NCBI GenBank assembly: GCA_021613535.1
Contig: CP075496.1
Coordinates: 2,480,001 to 2,544,000 of the forward strand
Source of the DNA: Adineta vaga
Taxonomy: Eukaryota; Animalia; Rotifera
Length of the DNA: 64,000 nt
Direction: 5' to 3'
The notes beneath the pieces were generated by a model. The model ran no database searches, was not told the origin of the DNA, and worked only from the letters and a program-made list of their open reading frames with translations. Position 1 is the stretch's first letter; the number at the start of each line of letters is the position of its first letter. Below are positions 13,607 to 25,390 of the stretch, in pieces. A program made the translations under genes and the position numbers.

Positions 13607-14106
13607 ATGAAATTTCGATTCAAGGAAGAAACACCTGCTGGTAGGTTATTTTCTCGACTGGAATATCATCTACTATTTATTTACTAATTAGATCAACGTA
13701 AACAAGAAGCAGAAAAGATTCGTGTTAAATATCCTGAACGGATCCCAGTAAACAAAACTAAAAGATTTAATGTTGAATATCATAATTCTTTAGGTTGTTG
13801 TCGAACGGGTACCAAAATCTCAAATACCTGAAATAGATAAACGAAAATTTCTGGTACCTAATGACATTACAATTGCTCAGTTCATGTGGATTATTCGTAA
13901 ACGAATTCAATTAGCACCTGAAAAGGCCATCTTTCTATTCGTCAATAAAACAATTCCATTATCAAGGTATGAAAGTTGGAATGATTTCTATTCTTTTCAC
14001 ATAAACTTTTCTATTTAGTGCAACAATGGGAGAAATCTATGCTGAAAATAAGGATGAAGATAGCTTTTTATACATCGCCTATGGCGGTGAAAATACATTC
14101 GGTTAA
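13607..14106 (+). CDS. GABARAPL2: ATG8-family ubiquitin-like protein (GABARAP/GABARAPL2-like), 4 exons; not in the ORF track
   Basis: Spliced product [116 protein letters not shown]. Confidence 0.95.
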
Positions 14107-14375
14107 ACTATCTCTTCCAACGAAGTATTCAAATTTATCTGCATAGACTCAATTTTTCTTTTTATTTAATCACGAATATATCTGATTCTTATACTTGTAT
14201 ATTTTGTCTTTTGTATGTCTATTGATTTTAAAATCTTTAACCATTGTCGAATATGTGTCTATGCATGAAAGAAGAAAAACTTATTTAGAAAAAAGAATTA
14301 ACCTATATTTGAAGTTTTTTTTCTTTGTTCTTCTAGACAAAACAAAAACTCTTTTTTTTGTAAGAATTGTGAACG

Positions 14376-15348
14376 ATGACTAGTAACAAAGATGGTTTAA
14401 CACCTTTAATTGAAAAAATTTGTACTATTAGTACGATTGGATTATTCTTAACAGGAGTGTAAGAGAAAAAAAACAAAGATGTTTATATTTTTCTATATTC
14501 GTTGTTTTTCTTTTCTCTATGCAGACAAATATGCAATCGAATTTATCGTCAACGAACAACGGGTGATATATCAGGTTTTCCATTTGTTGCTACCATGGTT
14601 AAGTAAGTTAGAATAAGAAGAACGTTTTCATAAGAAAGAGAGAATTGCTTTTACTTTAATTAGTTGTACTCTTTGGTTATTGTATGGTTATGTAGGAAAT
14701 AATTCAACAATTGTTATTGTGAATTTTATTGGAGCAGCTTTAGAATTAGTTTATGCATTAACTTATTTGCAATACACACCTGATCGAGTATGTCAATAGT
14801 AAAATACAAAATCTCGAAAAAGATTATTTATTTTCAAAATTGTTTTAGAATTCATATATTCGATTGATTGGAATGGCATTGGCATTTTTAGCAACGATTG
14901 CATTTTATTTATTAGCTTTTGTATCTGATCGTACCACAGCTTCTCTTCATGCTGGTCTTGTTGCATCGGTTGCGACAGTGATCATGTTTGGTTCACCATT
15001 AGCTTCTCTTGTGAGTTTAAGAAATGTATGATAAATCTTATGTTTAGATCAATTGAATTTTAGAAAGAAGTTGTTAAAAAACAAAGTACAGAATCACTTT
15101 CATTACCATTATGTTTTGCTAATCTCATTGTCCCAGCTGAGTGGGTTCTTTATGGTATTTTAATTAATGATAAAATTGTTCAAGTATGAATAAGACATGA
15201 ATTCATCTTCCTTTCTTCATTGACTAAACTCTTCTAGGTACCGAATTTTCTTGGAGCAATCTTAGGTTTGATTCAAGTCTCTCTCTTCTATAAATATCCT
15301 CGTCAATCTGGTCTTTTACCAAAAGCAACAAATCTTGGTTCCATTTAA
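14376..15348 (+). CDS. SLC50A1: SWEET (MtN3/saliva) sugar transporter, 6 exons; not in the ORF track
   Basis: Spliced product contains TTGDISGFPF, LWLLYG, IVNFIG, MFGSPLASL, KQSTESLSLPL, WVLYGILIND and VPNFLG, i.e. the two MtN3 repeats. Confidence 0.92.
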
Positions 15349-15795
15349 GTAAAATACATGAATAAAAACAAATATTTCGTTTTGATAATTATCTAAATGA
15401 ATCTCTTTATGTGATATCGTTTCGTTTCCTTCTTTCACGTATACACAATTTATTCGTTCATATTTTTGGTTCATTGTATTTTTAGTTCTTGCGCTAACTT
15501 ATATCTTTTTAAAATAACAGGTATTGAATTTTATTGTTAATCATTCATTGCTCTACTTTGTTCAATATATTATATGAAGATATTAATAAATCTAATAATT
15601 TTATAAGGAGAGGAATTTCTTTTTTTCGAGTTAGTAATATTAATTTTGTCTCGGTGATGATTGACACGATGCTTTGCATCAGCTCGATTGAATCTCTGTG
15701 AAGACAGCTAGCTGTCAGGGGCCATCTGAGAGACAAAATATAGGATCAAAAAATAAATTCAAATTGACTTTGTTTGGTACTTTTTGTTGTTATAG

Positions 15796-17273
15796 ATGAA
15801 TTCTAATTTATCAGCTTTATTTAATAATGCGAAAAAGGTTACATTAGTTAGTAAACCAGAGAAAGTAGAAGAACCTATTAAAGAAGAAGAAGAAGAAGAA
15901 GAAGAAGAAGAAGAGCAAGAACAAGAGACTGATGAAAGTTCGAATAAACGAGCGAAGTAAGATTGATTCTCTGTAATTTATCAAAAAATTCATTTAAAAT
16001 CTTTTTTTATTTAGAATCGAACGTGAATATGAAGATCCATCTATTGTTAATGCACAAACAGTCTTTGTCGGAAATGTTCCAAGTGGATGTACACAAAAGG
16101 TATTTTGATTATCATATGCATTAGAATCTACAATTTGAATATTTATTCAAATAGGAACTCAAAAAATTATTTTCAGAATATGGTACAATCCAATCAATTC
16201 GACTTCGAAATATTGTAAATTAATTTGCAAAGTAAAAGCTCACCGTTTGTGTTCCTTCATCATTTAGATTCCATTGAATGCTAAACAAGGCAAACGTTTA
16301 GCATTTATCAAGTAAGTTCATTCATATCTTTAATAATTGAATAATTGATATTTATGTGATTATTTTTAGAAAAGAATTTCATCCATTACAAAAGACAATC
16401 ACTGCTTTTGTTCGATTTGCTGATGAATTAGAAGCAACCAATGCCACTTCATTGTAAATAAATCATCATTTTATCTAATGAAAGAGTAAAACAAAAAGGT
16501 TCATTTCAATTTAGAAATGGTTATCTATATAAAGAACATCACTTACGTGTTGATATGGCACAAGATCAGAATGAAGATACGAAGGTAATTGTATGAATAT
16601 AAAATAGAAGATTGGTTATTTAAATTTTCCATTGAATAGCATGATCATAAACGAAGTATTTTTATTGGCAATCTTCCATTTGATGCTAATGATGATGATG
16701 TTTGGAAAGCATTTGAAGAATGTGGTGAAATCGAAAGTAAGAAAGATTTTAGTTCATGTCATTATCGAACGTTTTAATTAGGTGTTCGTCTTGTACGTGA
16801 TCGTGCTACTAGTGTTGGCAAAGGATTTGGTTATGTTCTATTTCAAGTATGTCAAAGTATTTGTTTCATACATTAATTATTTCAAGGAATTCTATTTAGG
16901 ATGAAGCATCAGTTGCCTTAGCATTAAGAATGAATGGAAATTGTCAAGTTGGTAATCGACAAGTACGAATCAAAGCTGCAGTGAAAAAACCTAAGGTAAA
17001 GATTATGAAAAGATTGATTTTGTATGATTTGTTTTTATTTAGCCTGTCAGACCTGTAATTCCTCCAAAGAAATATCGACGACAGAATCAAAAATTCAATT
17101 CAAGAAAATCGAAGTCTTCAGATAATGATGATGATGGAGTGCAACAAGGTCGAATTGAAAAACGACCAGCAGTTAAACTAAGAAAAGAAAAACAAAAGAA
17201 GAAAAAGAAACATCTTGCTGTTAAAACTAATAATCAACGAAAAGATGTAATCCAACTGAAGAGAAAAAGTTGA
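15796..17273 (+). CDS. RBM34: RNA-binding protein 34 / Nop12-like (two RRMs), about 10 short exons; not in the ORF track
   Basis: [28 protein letters not shown]-like [42 protein letters not shown]; acidic N-terminus (GAA repeat) and basic C-terminus. Confidence 0.88.
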
Positions 17274-17585
17274 GAACTTTTAGCTGTGAAAGAAAGATCA
17301 GTGTTGATAATAAATAAACGAATTTTGTTTTGTTGTTATAAAAATCTTCATTTCTCTGAAAGTGTGTACATGAAACTCACTAGTGAATTCAAAATCATAC
17401 CTAATAAGTTCTATTATAAGATGTACTCAATGACTTCGAAACTCATTTTTCTTTTATGAAAAAAAACATAGTAAGATAACATCAAAGAATAAAATAAAAA
17501 GTGTAAATATAGATAATATATCTTATCGAACTTTGATTAAACGAAAAATTAATGAAACAAACACTAACTTCAAATACATTTCGAT

Positions 17586-18166
17586 ATGGGTGCTCTTTGT
17601 AGTTGTGGTACAGGCGAAAAGCTATCTACTGAATATGTAAAACCCAAATTACCTATTGTATTAGAATCGAATAATAATCAAACATCTGATTTACATAAAT
17701 CCACAACGAATATTCATTCATCCGAAGAAATTCTCAATGATACACTTCAAACTGAAATTATTAAAGCTATTGATGAACATGTAGCTACTATACCTTCGGC
17801 TTATCAAGTGAGTCATTTTTATCAAAAGCTTTTCAGTATTATTTTCTTCAAACTTTCTATCAGACTGAACGTGATCGTATTGTCAATGAAATGCGTCATT
17901 CAGAATCTGGAACTTATCTTGGTCTTGTCTATGCGGATTATCCTGATGTAAATGGTCCAGAAGTGAATAAAATGGCACATAGATTAGTAGCATCTAATGA
18001 TGTTAAACAGCGATTGATTGATCAAATCGATAAACGCATAGATCCAATCTTTCTCTCACGAACTTCGACTTGGAATCCATCATCTAGTGAAACAGCTCGT
18101 CCAATGATACGAGTTTTCATTGAAAAAAATGTCAATAATGCATTCAATCATCTTAAACTGGACTGA
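17586..18166 (+). CDS. Uncharacterised protein with predicted N-myristoyl/palmitoyl N-terminus, 2 exons (17586-17807, 17864-18166)
   Basis: Starts MGALCSCG; two track ORFs are joined in frame by GT-AG intron 17808-17863. Confidence 0.7.
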
Positions 18167-18382
18167 AAATATTCGCTGTCGTGATTTTCCATCAACTATC
18201 TTTTTATACAAGCAAAACACTAATGACAAATGTTAATATATCGTATAGTTAGAATAAAATTTCTTCTGATGATACATATTCTAACATAGCATTGTTAAAT
18301 CGAGAATATTGTCTTTGATTAAAAGAAATATTTGTATTTTCTTCTGAATTTGAATGAAAAGAAAAAATAATTTATGTCTCCT

Positions 18383-18892
18383 TTATGAAATAGTACAAGT
18401 ATCAATTAAATCGTTAAACGCTTCTCGGCGTTTTTGTTCTTGAATTTCTGCAGCTATTGGTAATACTGGCAGTATGTAGAATTTTCTCAACCATTCTGGT
18501 CGAAAAAACATAATTTTCTTCACTTCCCGATTTCGACCACCAATAAATAATGAATCGACAACAACGAGACTATGTCGAACTTGTGAGATATCATAAATTC
18601 GATTGAGTGATTGTCCACATAAATGACCATTTTTATCTTCAAACATCACTTTATCAATTAGATCATCAGGATCCAGTTTTCCACACATCCCATACAATAA
18701 TCATTTCTCAGCCGCTGTTAAATTGTAAAATTTTGTAAAATCACGTAATTCGTCAAGATCATGATCACTGTATTCAATCAAAGTACACATAACATCCAAA
18801 TAGTACATCAGTTTTGCAATACTATTCTCAGGAACTTGAACTGTGTGACTTGAACGAGCTACATCAACGGTGTTGTATCGAAAGAGTGCCAT
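18383..18892 (-). pseudogene. Intronless uncharacterised gene interrupted by one in-frame TGA (18701-18703)
   Basis: ORFs 18701-18892 and 18383-18697 are in the same frame (...AAEK*LLYGMCGKLDPDD...), giving a continuous 169-codon frame with one stop. Confidence 0.7.
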
Positions 18893-19469
18893 GACGAATG
18901 TTTATTCAATTATATTAGTATACATGAATCGACAATGAAATCACCATGCTTATATACTATTTTGATGTGAAGCAAGTTGGAAATGTTTTCAATGAAAATA
19001 AAGCCAACTAATAATATTATTATTATTCTACTTCCTCACTTTATCCTATATTAATGGTTCAATGAGCCATGACAAATTTGTCATATGACCAACAGGCATA
19101 TGATTATAATATCTAATTCGATGTGCCAACGTACCTTGATAGGAAGTGACTTGTATGTTTACTTTCTTGTTTGATACAAAAAATAATATACGCAATTGAT
19201 TGATAAAGCCGATATTTTATCGACCGAAAACATAATGACTAATCGAAATCAAACTTTTTACTGCCTATTTCTGTAGTAACATTGAATAAAATTTTCAAGA
19301 CGAACATCAACTTCACTTCATAAGAAAGAAGACATACAGAGTTTTATTTGATCAAGTTAAACTTGTATATGAAACATTGAATAGCTATTGTTTTTTTAAA
19401 TGAAATACAACATAAGTACGAAACAAAAAGAAGAAGACAGATATGAACTATACAAAAAGACAACTCTGT

Positions 19470-20897
19470 TTATGGACATTTTCTATCAATAATAAACTTT
19501 CCACTTTCATCATATTCTTGTTTCGAAATCCACATTTGATGAAATGATCCTAATGAAGCAAGAATTGAACCACCAATCCAAGAACTAAATCGTCGTTCAC
19601 TAAGTGAAGGAGGAATATGAACTTTCATACGCATAGCTTGCGGTAAAATTTGTGATAATTCACGATGAAGACGTTCGACAAGACCAAGATAATAGGAATT
19701 ACCACCGACAATACTTATATTCGAATAAAGTGAAGAACGAACATCCGGATCACACATTGTAACTGAATTTGTTACTAAACGTGGAAGATCAAGCATTGAA
19801 GTTAATTGTACACCACCACCTTTAACAATTGATGGATTAAATAAACTTTCACTATAGACGAACAAAGATGTTTGTTGTTCTTTTCGTTATTCTATTTCAA
19901 AACAAGAAGAAAGTCACTTACGGAATACGATAACGTTCTTCACCGAAATCTAAATTTAATCCATTGGGAAATTCATATGAAACACGTGGTAATTGACTAA
20001 TTTCACTTTCATTATATGGTGTATCCGATATTTGTAGAACTGTTTGTGCTAAATCTTGTAAAATTTCTTTTGTCATAAATTTCTTATATGAATCCGTTAT
20101 ATTCTCAGGTAAATTTGATCTCATTGTCCATTTTGGTGGTTCATAGGGTTGAACATATTCACGTGATTTAATCAAATAATGTGGAACTATTTCATGATTT
20201 TGATTATCTAATAATTGTTTCAATTGTGATAAGATAAAATCGCCACCAAGTGGTGATTGAACAATTGCTTTTTGTAAAACCATTCCTTCATGAACAGGTA
20301 CAGCTGTTGTATGTGTTGCACCACAATCAAGTATCAATGCTGTTGCTTTACCTTGAGCAAACATGAAAGAACAGCATTTTTTGCTAAATAAAATGCTGGA
20401 ATTTGAAATTTTTCAAACATGATTTCACATAATTTTTCTCGTTTAAATCGTTGATTTATTGGTGGTTCCGACATAACTATGGGATGATATTGTGGACCTT
20501 GTTCTTTATCACAAAGACAATCGAATGTATGAGACATAATTTGTTCGAATAAATCCCAATCATCAATCATTCCATCTTTTAAAAATGATTGCATATAAAG
20601 ATTTGAACGTGGTACACGTAAAGAATTTAAATCAAAAAAATATTTCTTCTTAGGCATTGTTATCGTTTGATTATCATCAACATTCATCGCACTTTCATCC
20701 ATAGGTGTTTCAAAGATTCCAACATGACTAGGAAAATCATATTTGGGTGTTTCTTCACCGGCATAACCAGCTCGAACTGTATGAGAACCAATATCAACGA
20801 CTAGAGCACCAACTTCATCACTACCTAAAATAGAAAAATTCAAATTGAAATTTGTAATTAGAACTTCAGAAGACGTACCATATGTTCCACTACTCAT
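19470..20897 (-). CDS. ACTL6A: Actin-like protein 6 (BAF53/Arp4); apparent 1-nt deletion at about 20360
   Basis: GSDEVGALVVDIGSHTVRAGYAGEETPK, LKDGMIDDWD, TAVPVHEG, SPLGGDF, ERRFSSWIGGSILASLGSFHQMWISKQEYDESGK..IDRKCP; introns near 20826-20878 and 19856-19920. Confidence 0.93.
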
Positions 20898-21065
20898 TTT
20901 CTTTTACTAGATATCTAGAATTGAGCAGAAATAAATTAACAAAAAGAAAAAGAGATAAAAGTGCGACTAAGAGAATATTTTCATGCATATCTATACAGAA
21001 TATAATTATGGAATGATCAAATAAAGAATTCAAAAAAAAAACAATTCAAAAGACACGTTTTGAAA

Positions 21066-22378
21066 CTATCTTTGATTTGAAGGAGATGATAAGTTAGCAG
21101 CTGCTTGTTCCCAGACATTTATCGATTGAGTATAGAAATCAACTTTTTTATTTGCCATCGAATGAAATAAATCAATTAATTCTCGATCTTTGGCTTCTGT
21201 CCATCGATGTATATCCGCTTTAACTGTTTCATTAGCAATTGTTAATTGATCGAACATATCTTCATGATTACTTGATGTCACATTTTCTGAAAATTGTGCA
21301 CGACGTTTTAAAACATCTTGAACGATACCAGTGAATAGAACATATTCATTCATCGGTTCAACAAATTTCGTATTCATAGATCGTAATAGATCATCTTGAT
21401 TATCAACCATTCTTTGTTCAGCATTACAAATTGTTTCGATCAATGAATCATTTTCATCATATTTTCTTTCAATATCAAGCCATTCTTTGAATGACGATAG
21501 TAAATGTTTTTCTTCGGTATGTACTGCAATTTGATCCGATTCGATTTTTCGTGAAAGACGTTCAAGTTTACGTAGATTATCTTGTAATGTTTGAATTTGA
21601 TTTTCTGTACGAGAAAATTCACTTGGAATTGGTTTACCACGACCGATTGGTTGTCGAAATGGATTGGAATTTGATGCAATCATTTGAGGAGTTAATGGTG
21701 ATGTTGGAAGTGCTTGTTGTTGAGCAGAATGAAGTGTTTCATCATCAGCTGTAAGGAATAATTGTACCGATGGATCAATAGCAATAATTGGATTATTCAA
21801 AATACGATAGAGAAAGTTTTGTAAACCTAAAAAATGTTAAGAAGAAATCAATTTTTTACGTTCGAAGATTCATTTATCTTACCAATCATACGTCGTCGAA
21901 TAAATTCTCCATCATCAGCAACTACATGTAATTTTTTCGATAAAGTATGTTTTGCTGGTAGAATTGAAATAATATTAAATGGATATTTAATATCTAAAAG
22001 ATTTCTTAACCAAATAAAATCATTATAACGTCGACGTACATTTGTTTCATTGATTTTAACTGAATCATTATAAGTTTGTGTTGTAACTAAATATGTTATA
22101 AATGAATCAAGATTTGATTTATGTTTTTTGGGATCATTAACATAGACTTTCATTTGTTCATGATTGATATCAACTTCTTCTTTGCGTTCATTTGTCGATG
22201 GAAGAATCCAGTCATTATGACTATGACTAATCGATAATGAAGAAGTATTTTCAATCAAATCTGAATCAACTACATCCGAAGATTTAACCAGTGATGGTGG
22301 TGATGATTGACCATTTTGAATGTTCGTTGAAATGTTTTGTTCATCTTCACGTAGAGCTCGACTTAATGGATCATCCAT
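21066..22378 (-). CDS. PX-BAR sorting nexin (SNX7/SNX30/SNX4 group), 2 exons
   Basis: PX motif VRRRYNDFIWLR...YPFNIISILPAK...EFIRRRMIGLQNFLYRI followed by a helical BAR-like region. Confidence 0.85.
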
Positions 22379-23575
22379 ATTGAAATAAACATAAAAAACT
22401 TCTGTTAAACTAGTGCTAGTTGATCTGATCGTCAAACACGAAACGAAGAAGAAAAATAAAGACTAAAGAAAGAACAAATGAATCATTGTTTAAAGAACTA
22501 GAATTGACCTGTCTTTTCTAAAAATGAAAGATGTCGCTAGAGAATGAAAAACAAAATATGATTTAGTTCAGATTAATGTTTATGAAAACTCATTTATTTC
22601 TCTCATATAACGGTAAACATGTTCTTCTATATGTAAATCTTTTAATACAATCACAACATAATGTTTCATGCCGCTTTGTTCTTCGGAAATAACTCGTTAA
22701 ACGAATAATTTATTTTCTAATATTTATAATAGAACTTGTCGATCGACATCGTTTCTATTTCCCGACTATTATTTCCTCGATATAATCGTAAATGTACTTA
22801 ATATTTATTGTATTATATTATTGAAGTACATCAAACAAATAGTAACAATTATTTCTTCTCTCAACCTATGTTTTGATATCCGTTGTCTTACATGTATATT
22901 TCAGAAATATTGATCTTCAATGTCTGAAATAGAAGTTTCGTAGGTACTATTTCTTTCTCTTTAATCCTCTTATCACTAACGAATGAAAAGACATTGAAAG
23001 GATTTTATTGACATTAATTTAAGATTGTCACTTATCCGAAATAAAGCTCATTTGAAAGAAGCGATTAATTCATCCCAATGAAATGATGTGCCTATATTCT
23101 GTTAAAATGCATTCAAGATCTTTCACGTTCAGTGCATAAATTTCTAGAAGTAATATTCAGTCTTAAAATAGAAAAAAGACTTAATATCTGAAGAATTATA
23201 TAAATAGAATTTGAAATTAATAGAAAACGAAGTTTGATTTTGATCTCAATTATTCCGCTTTCAGACAGATACTTTGTTGTCATACCAATACAAATATTTA
23301 TTTCTCAACAAATTACTTTATTGATCTATATGGTTATTTAGATGAATGAAAATAAAGTGTATAAAGAACGACTCATTTTTACGCAGGAAATAACTGAAAA
23401 AAGGCAGTAAAGGGGAATAATTAGATTTGCAAACAGCTTCCTGATTATACTCTTTTTTTTCTTTCTCTCTTTCCTTCTCCATAATGTCATGATAAGAAAA
23501 GATTGTCTTTTGAAACAATCAAACACGAATAAGATTTCAATCTTTCTCGTTTATTCAATAAATATCTTCGCAAAA

Positions 23576-24070
23576 TCATTCAATCATTATCTGATTTAAA
23601 TATTGTCCAAATAACAATGGATTGCCTTTTTCATAACGTTCAAATTGATGATTAGGAAATTTTTTCAATGTTTCAGCTAATGTTGAACATGTACAATAAT
23701 GTAAATAACCTTGTTCTTTCATTACATGTGCTATTTCAAGTTGATGATTATTCATTAATTTTTCGTTAATAACAACTAATAATGGTTTATTTGCTTCAAG
23801 TGTTTGTAAAATCGTACCAGCACCTGCATGACTAATAACAAGATCAGCTTGTTGAATATCATTTTCAATTGAATCTTTATATTGATAGAATTCAATTGGT
23901 ATGGAAAGATTTTTATACGATGGCATTTCACTATTTCCTATTTGGAGAATTAATTTATCAATATGTAAATAATCGATAAGTGTTTGAAGAACATTCGAAT
24001 CCTGAACAATCGTCTCAATTAACAAATCAAATTTGGTTGTTCCTACAGTAACAAAAGCACATTTGCCCAT
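23576..24070 (-). CDS. ALG13: UDP-GlcNAc transferase catalytic subunit ALG13 (short form), intronless
   Basis: FVTVGTTKFD, ADLVISHAGAGT, LVVINEKLMNNHQLE. Confidence 0.95.
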   Translation of the reverse strand: MGKCAFVTVGTTKFDLLIETIVQDSNVLQTLIDYLHIDKLILQIGNSEMPSYKNLSIPIEFYQYKDSIENDIQQADLVISHAGAGTILQTLEANKPLLVVINEKLMNNHQLEIAHVMKEQGYLHYCTCSTLAETLKKFPNHQFERYEKGNPLLFGQYLNQIMIE

Positions 24071-24273
24071 TTGTTTTTTTTTCTTAGATAATCAATCTAA
24101 AAAATAAGTCTATACATCAGAGAAATGAACTTGTCATTGCGTAAACAATATGAAAATGAAATACATGAAAAGAAAAGAAAAGAAAAGAAAAACAAACATA
24201 TTATACATGACAAATCATTGTGGACGGATTTGAGCATTGTTTCATTTTTCATTAATGAAAACTATGACACATT

Positions 24274-25390
24274 TTATAATAAAATACAATTACAAAAACA
24301 TTTGTCATGTGAACGTCTATCTAATGCAACTTTAGCAGCATATTCAAATACTTCTCGTACACCTTCACGTGTCTTGGCTGAACATTCAAGATAATTACGT
24401 GCGCCAATACGTTTAGCACATAGAAGAGCATCTTCTGTTGTAATGATTTTTTGATTTTGAGATTTAATACGTTCATGTACAGTTGGATCATCACGTAAAT
24501 CACGTTTATTTGCAATTAATAGTATAGGAACATTATGACAATAATGTTTGACTTCGGGTGCCCATTTGTCTAATACACATGTTAAACTATCAGGCGAATC
24601 GAATGCAAAACAAATTAGAACAACTTGCGTATTTGGATATCCAAGCACACGAAGTCTAAAACAAAAACAAATAATCTCGAATTTTCTTTCTATTAAAAAG
24701 ATTTTTTTGATATACTCAAAGCCTGCAACGATTCTTCTACTATTAGATGGGGAGAAAAAGAGAGAGTGAGTGAGAAAATTCAATTTGATAGTAAGAGAAA
24801 TATTAGAATAAAAAAGATTTTAATTTTTCTTTTTCAAATTATCAATGTTTTATTATTTTAGGTCAAAATGAATTATTTATGAATATTCACATTGGTAAAA
24901 GCGAACAATCAATGATTTATTTGGTCATTCTTTCTCTTTTTCTTTTCGGATAACAATGTGTGCCAATCTTTTATGAATGATAATGAAATTACTTTGAGGC
25001 AGAGATATTATTAGACAAATCTCAAATTTATTGATAATAAAGTTCTATTCATAACTAATCATCAAAACTTATGACGCATGCAAGATTTATCCCTTCTATT
25101 ATATATATAAATATATATTCATAAACAAAATAAAGAATATTTATTATTTTAATAAGGATATATTTATATAATTACCTCGCATATTCTTCTTGTCCAGCTG
25201 TATCAATTAATAATAATTCAATACGTTTATTATCAACATCAATAATATGAGTATTTCCTTCGAATAATGTTGGAACATAATCTTGACAAAATCGATTATC
25301 TTTAAATGCATAAAGTAATGATGTTTTACCGACATTTCCATTGCCAACAACGACTAATTTTTTACGAACTAAATCAACATCAGAAGTCAT
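24274..25390 (-). CDS. Divergent Rho-family GTPase, 2 exons (25390-25176, 24655-24274)
   Basis: RKKLVVVGNGNVGKTSLL, YVPTLFE, DTAGQEEYARLR, NKRDLR, Rho insert, YLECSAKTREGVREVFE, CAAX (CILL). Confidence 0.92.

Noticed and set aside
8793-18703. Genome-wide reassignment of TGA to an amino acid
   Set aside because: TGA is the normal terminator of conserved genes here (RBM34, UFM1, ALG13, CYHR1), so the internal TGAs are site-specific events or errors.
22560-23300. Possible decayed gene on the minus strand between SNX and ALG13
   Set aside because: Only vaguely coding-like, with multiple stops and no recognisable motif.
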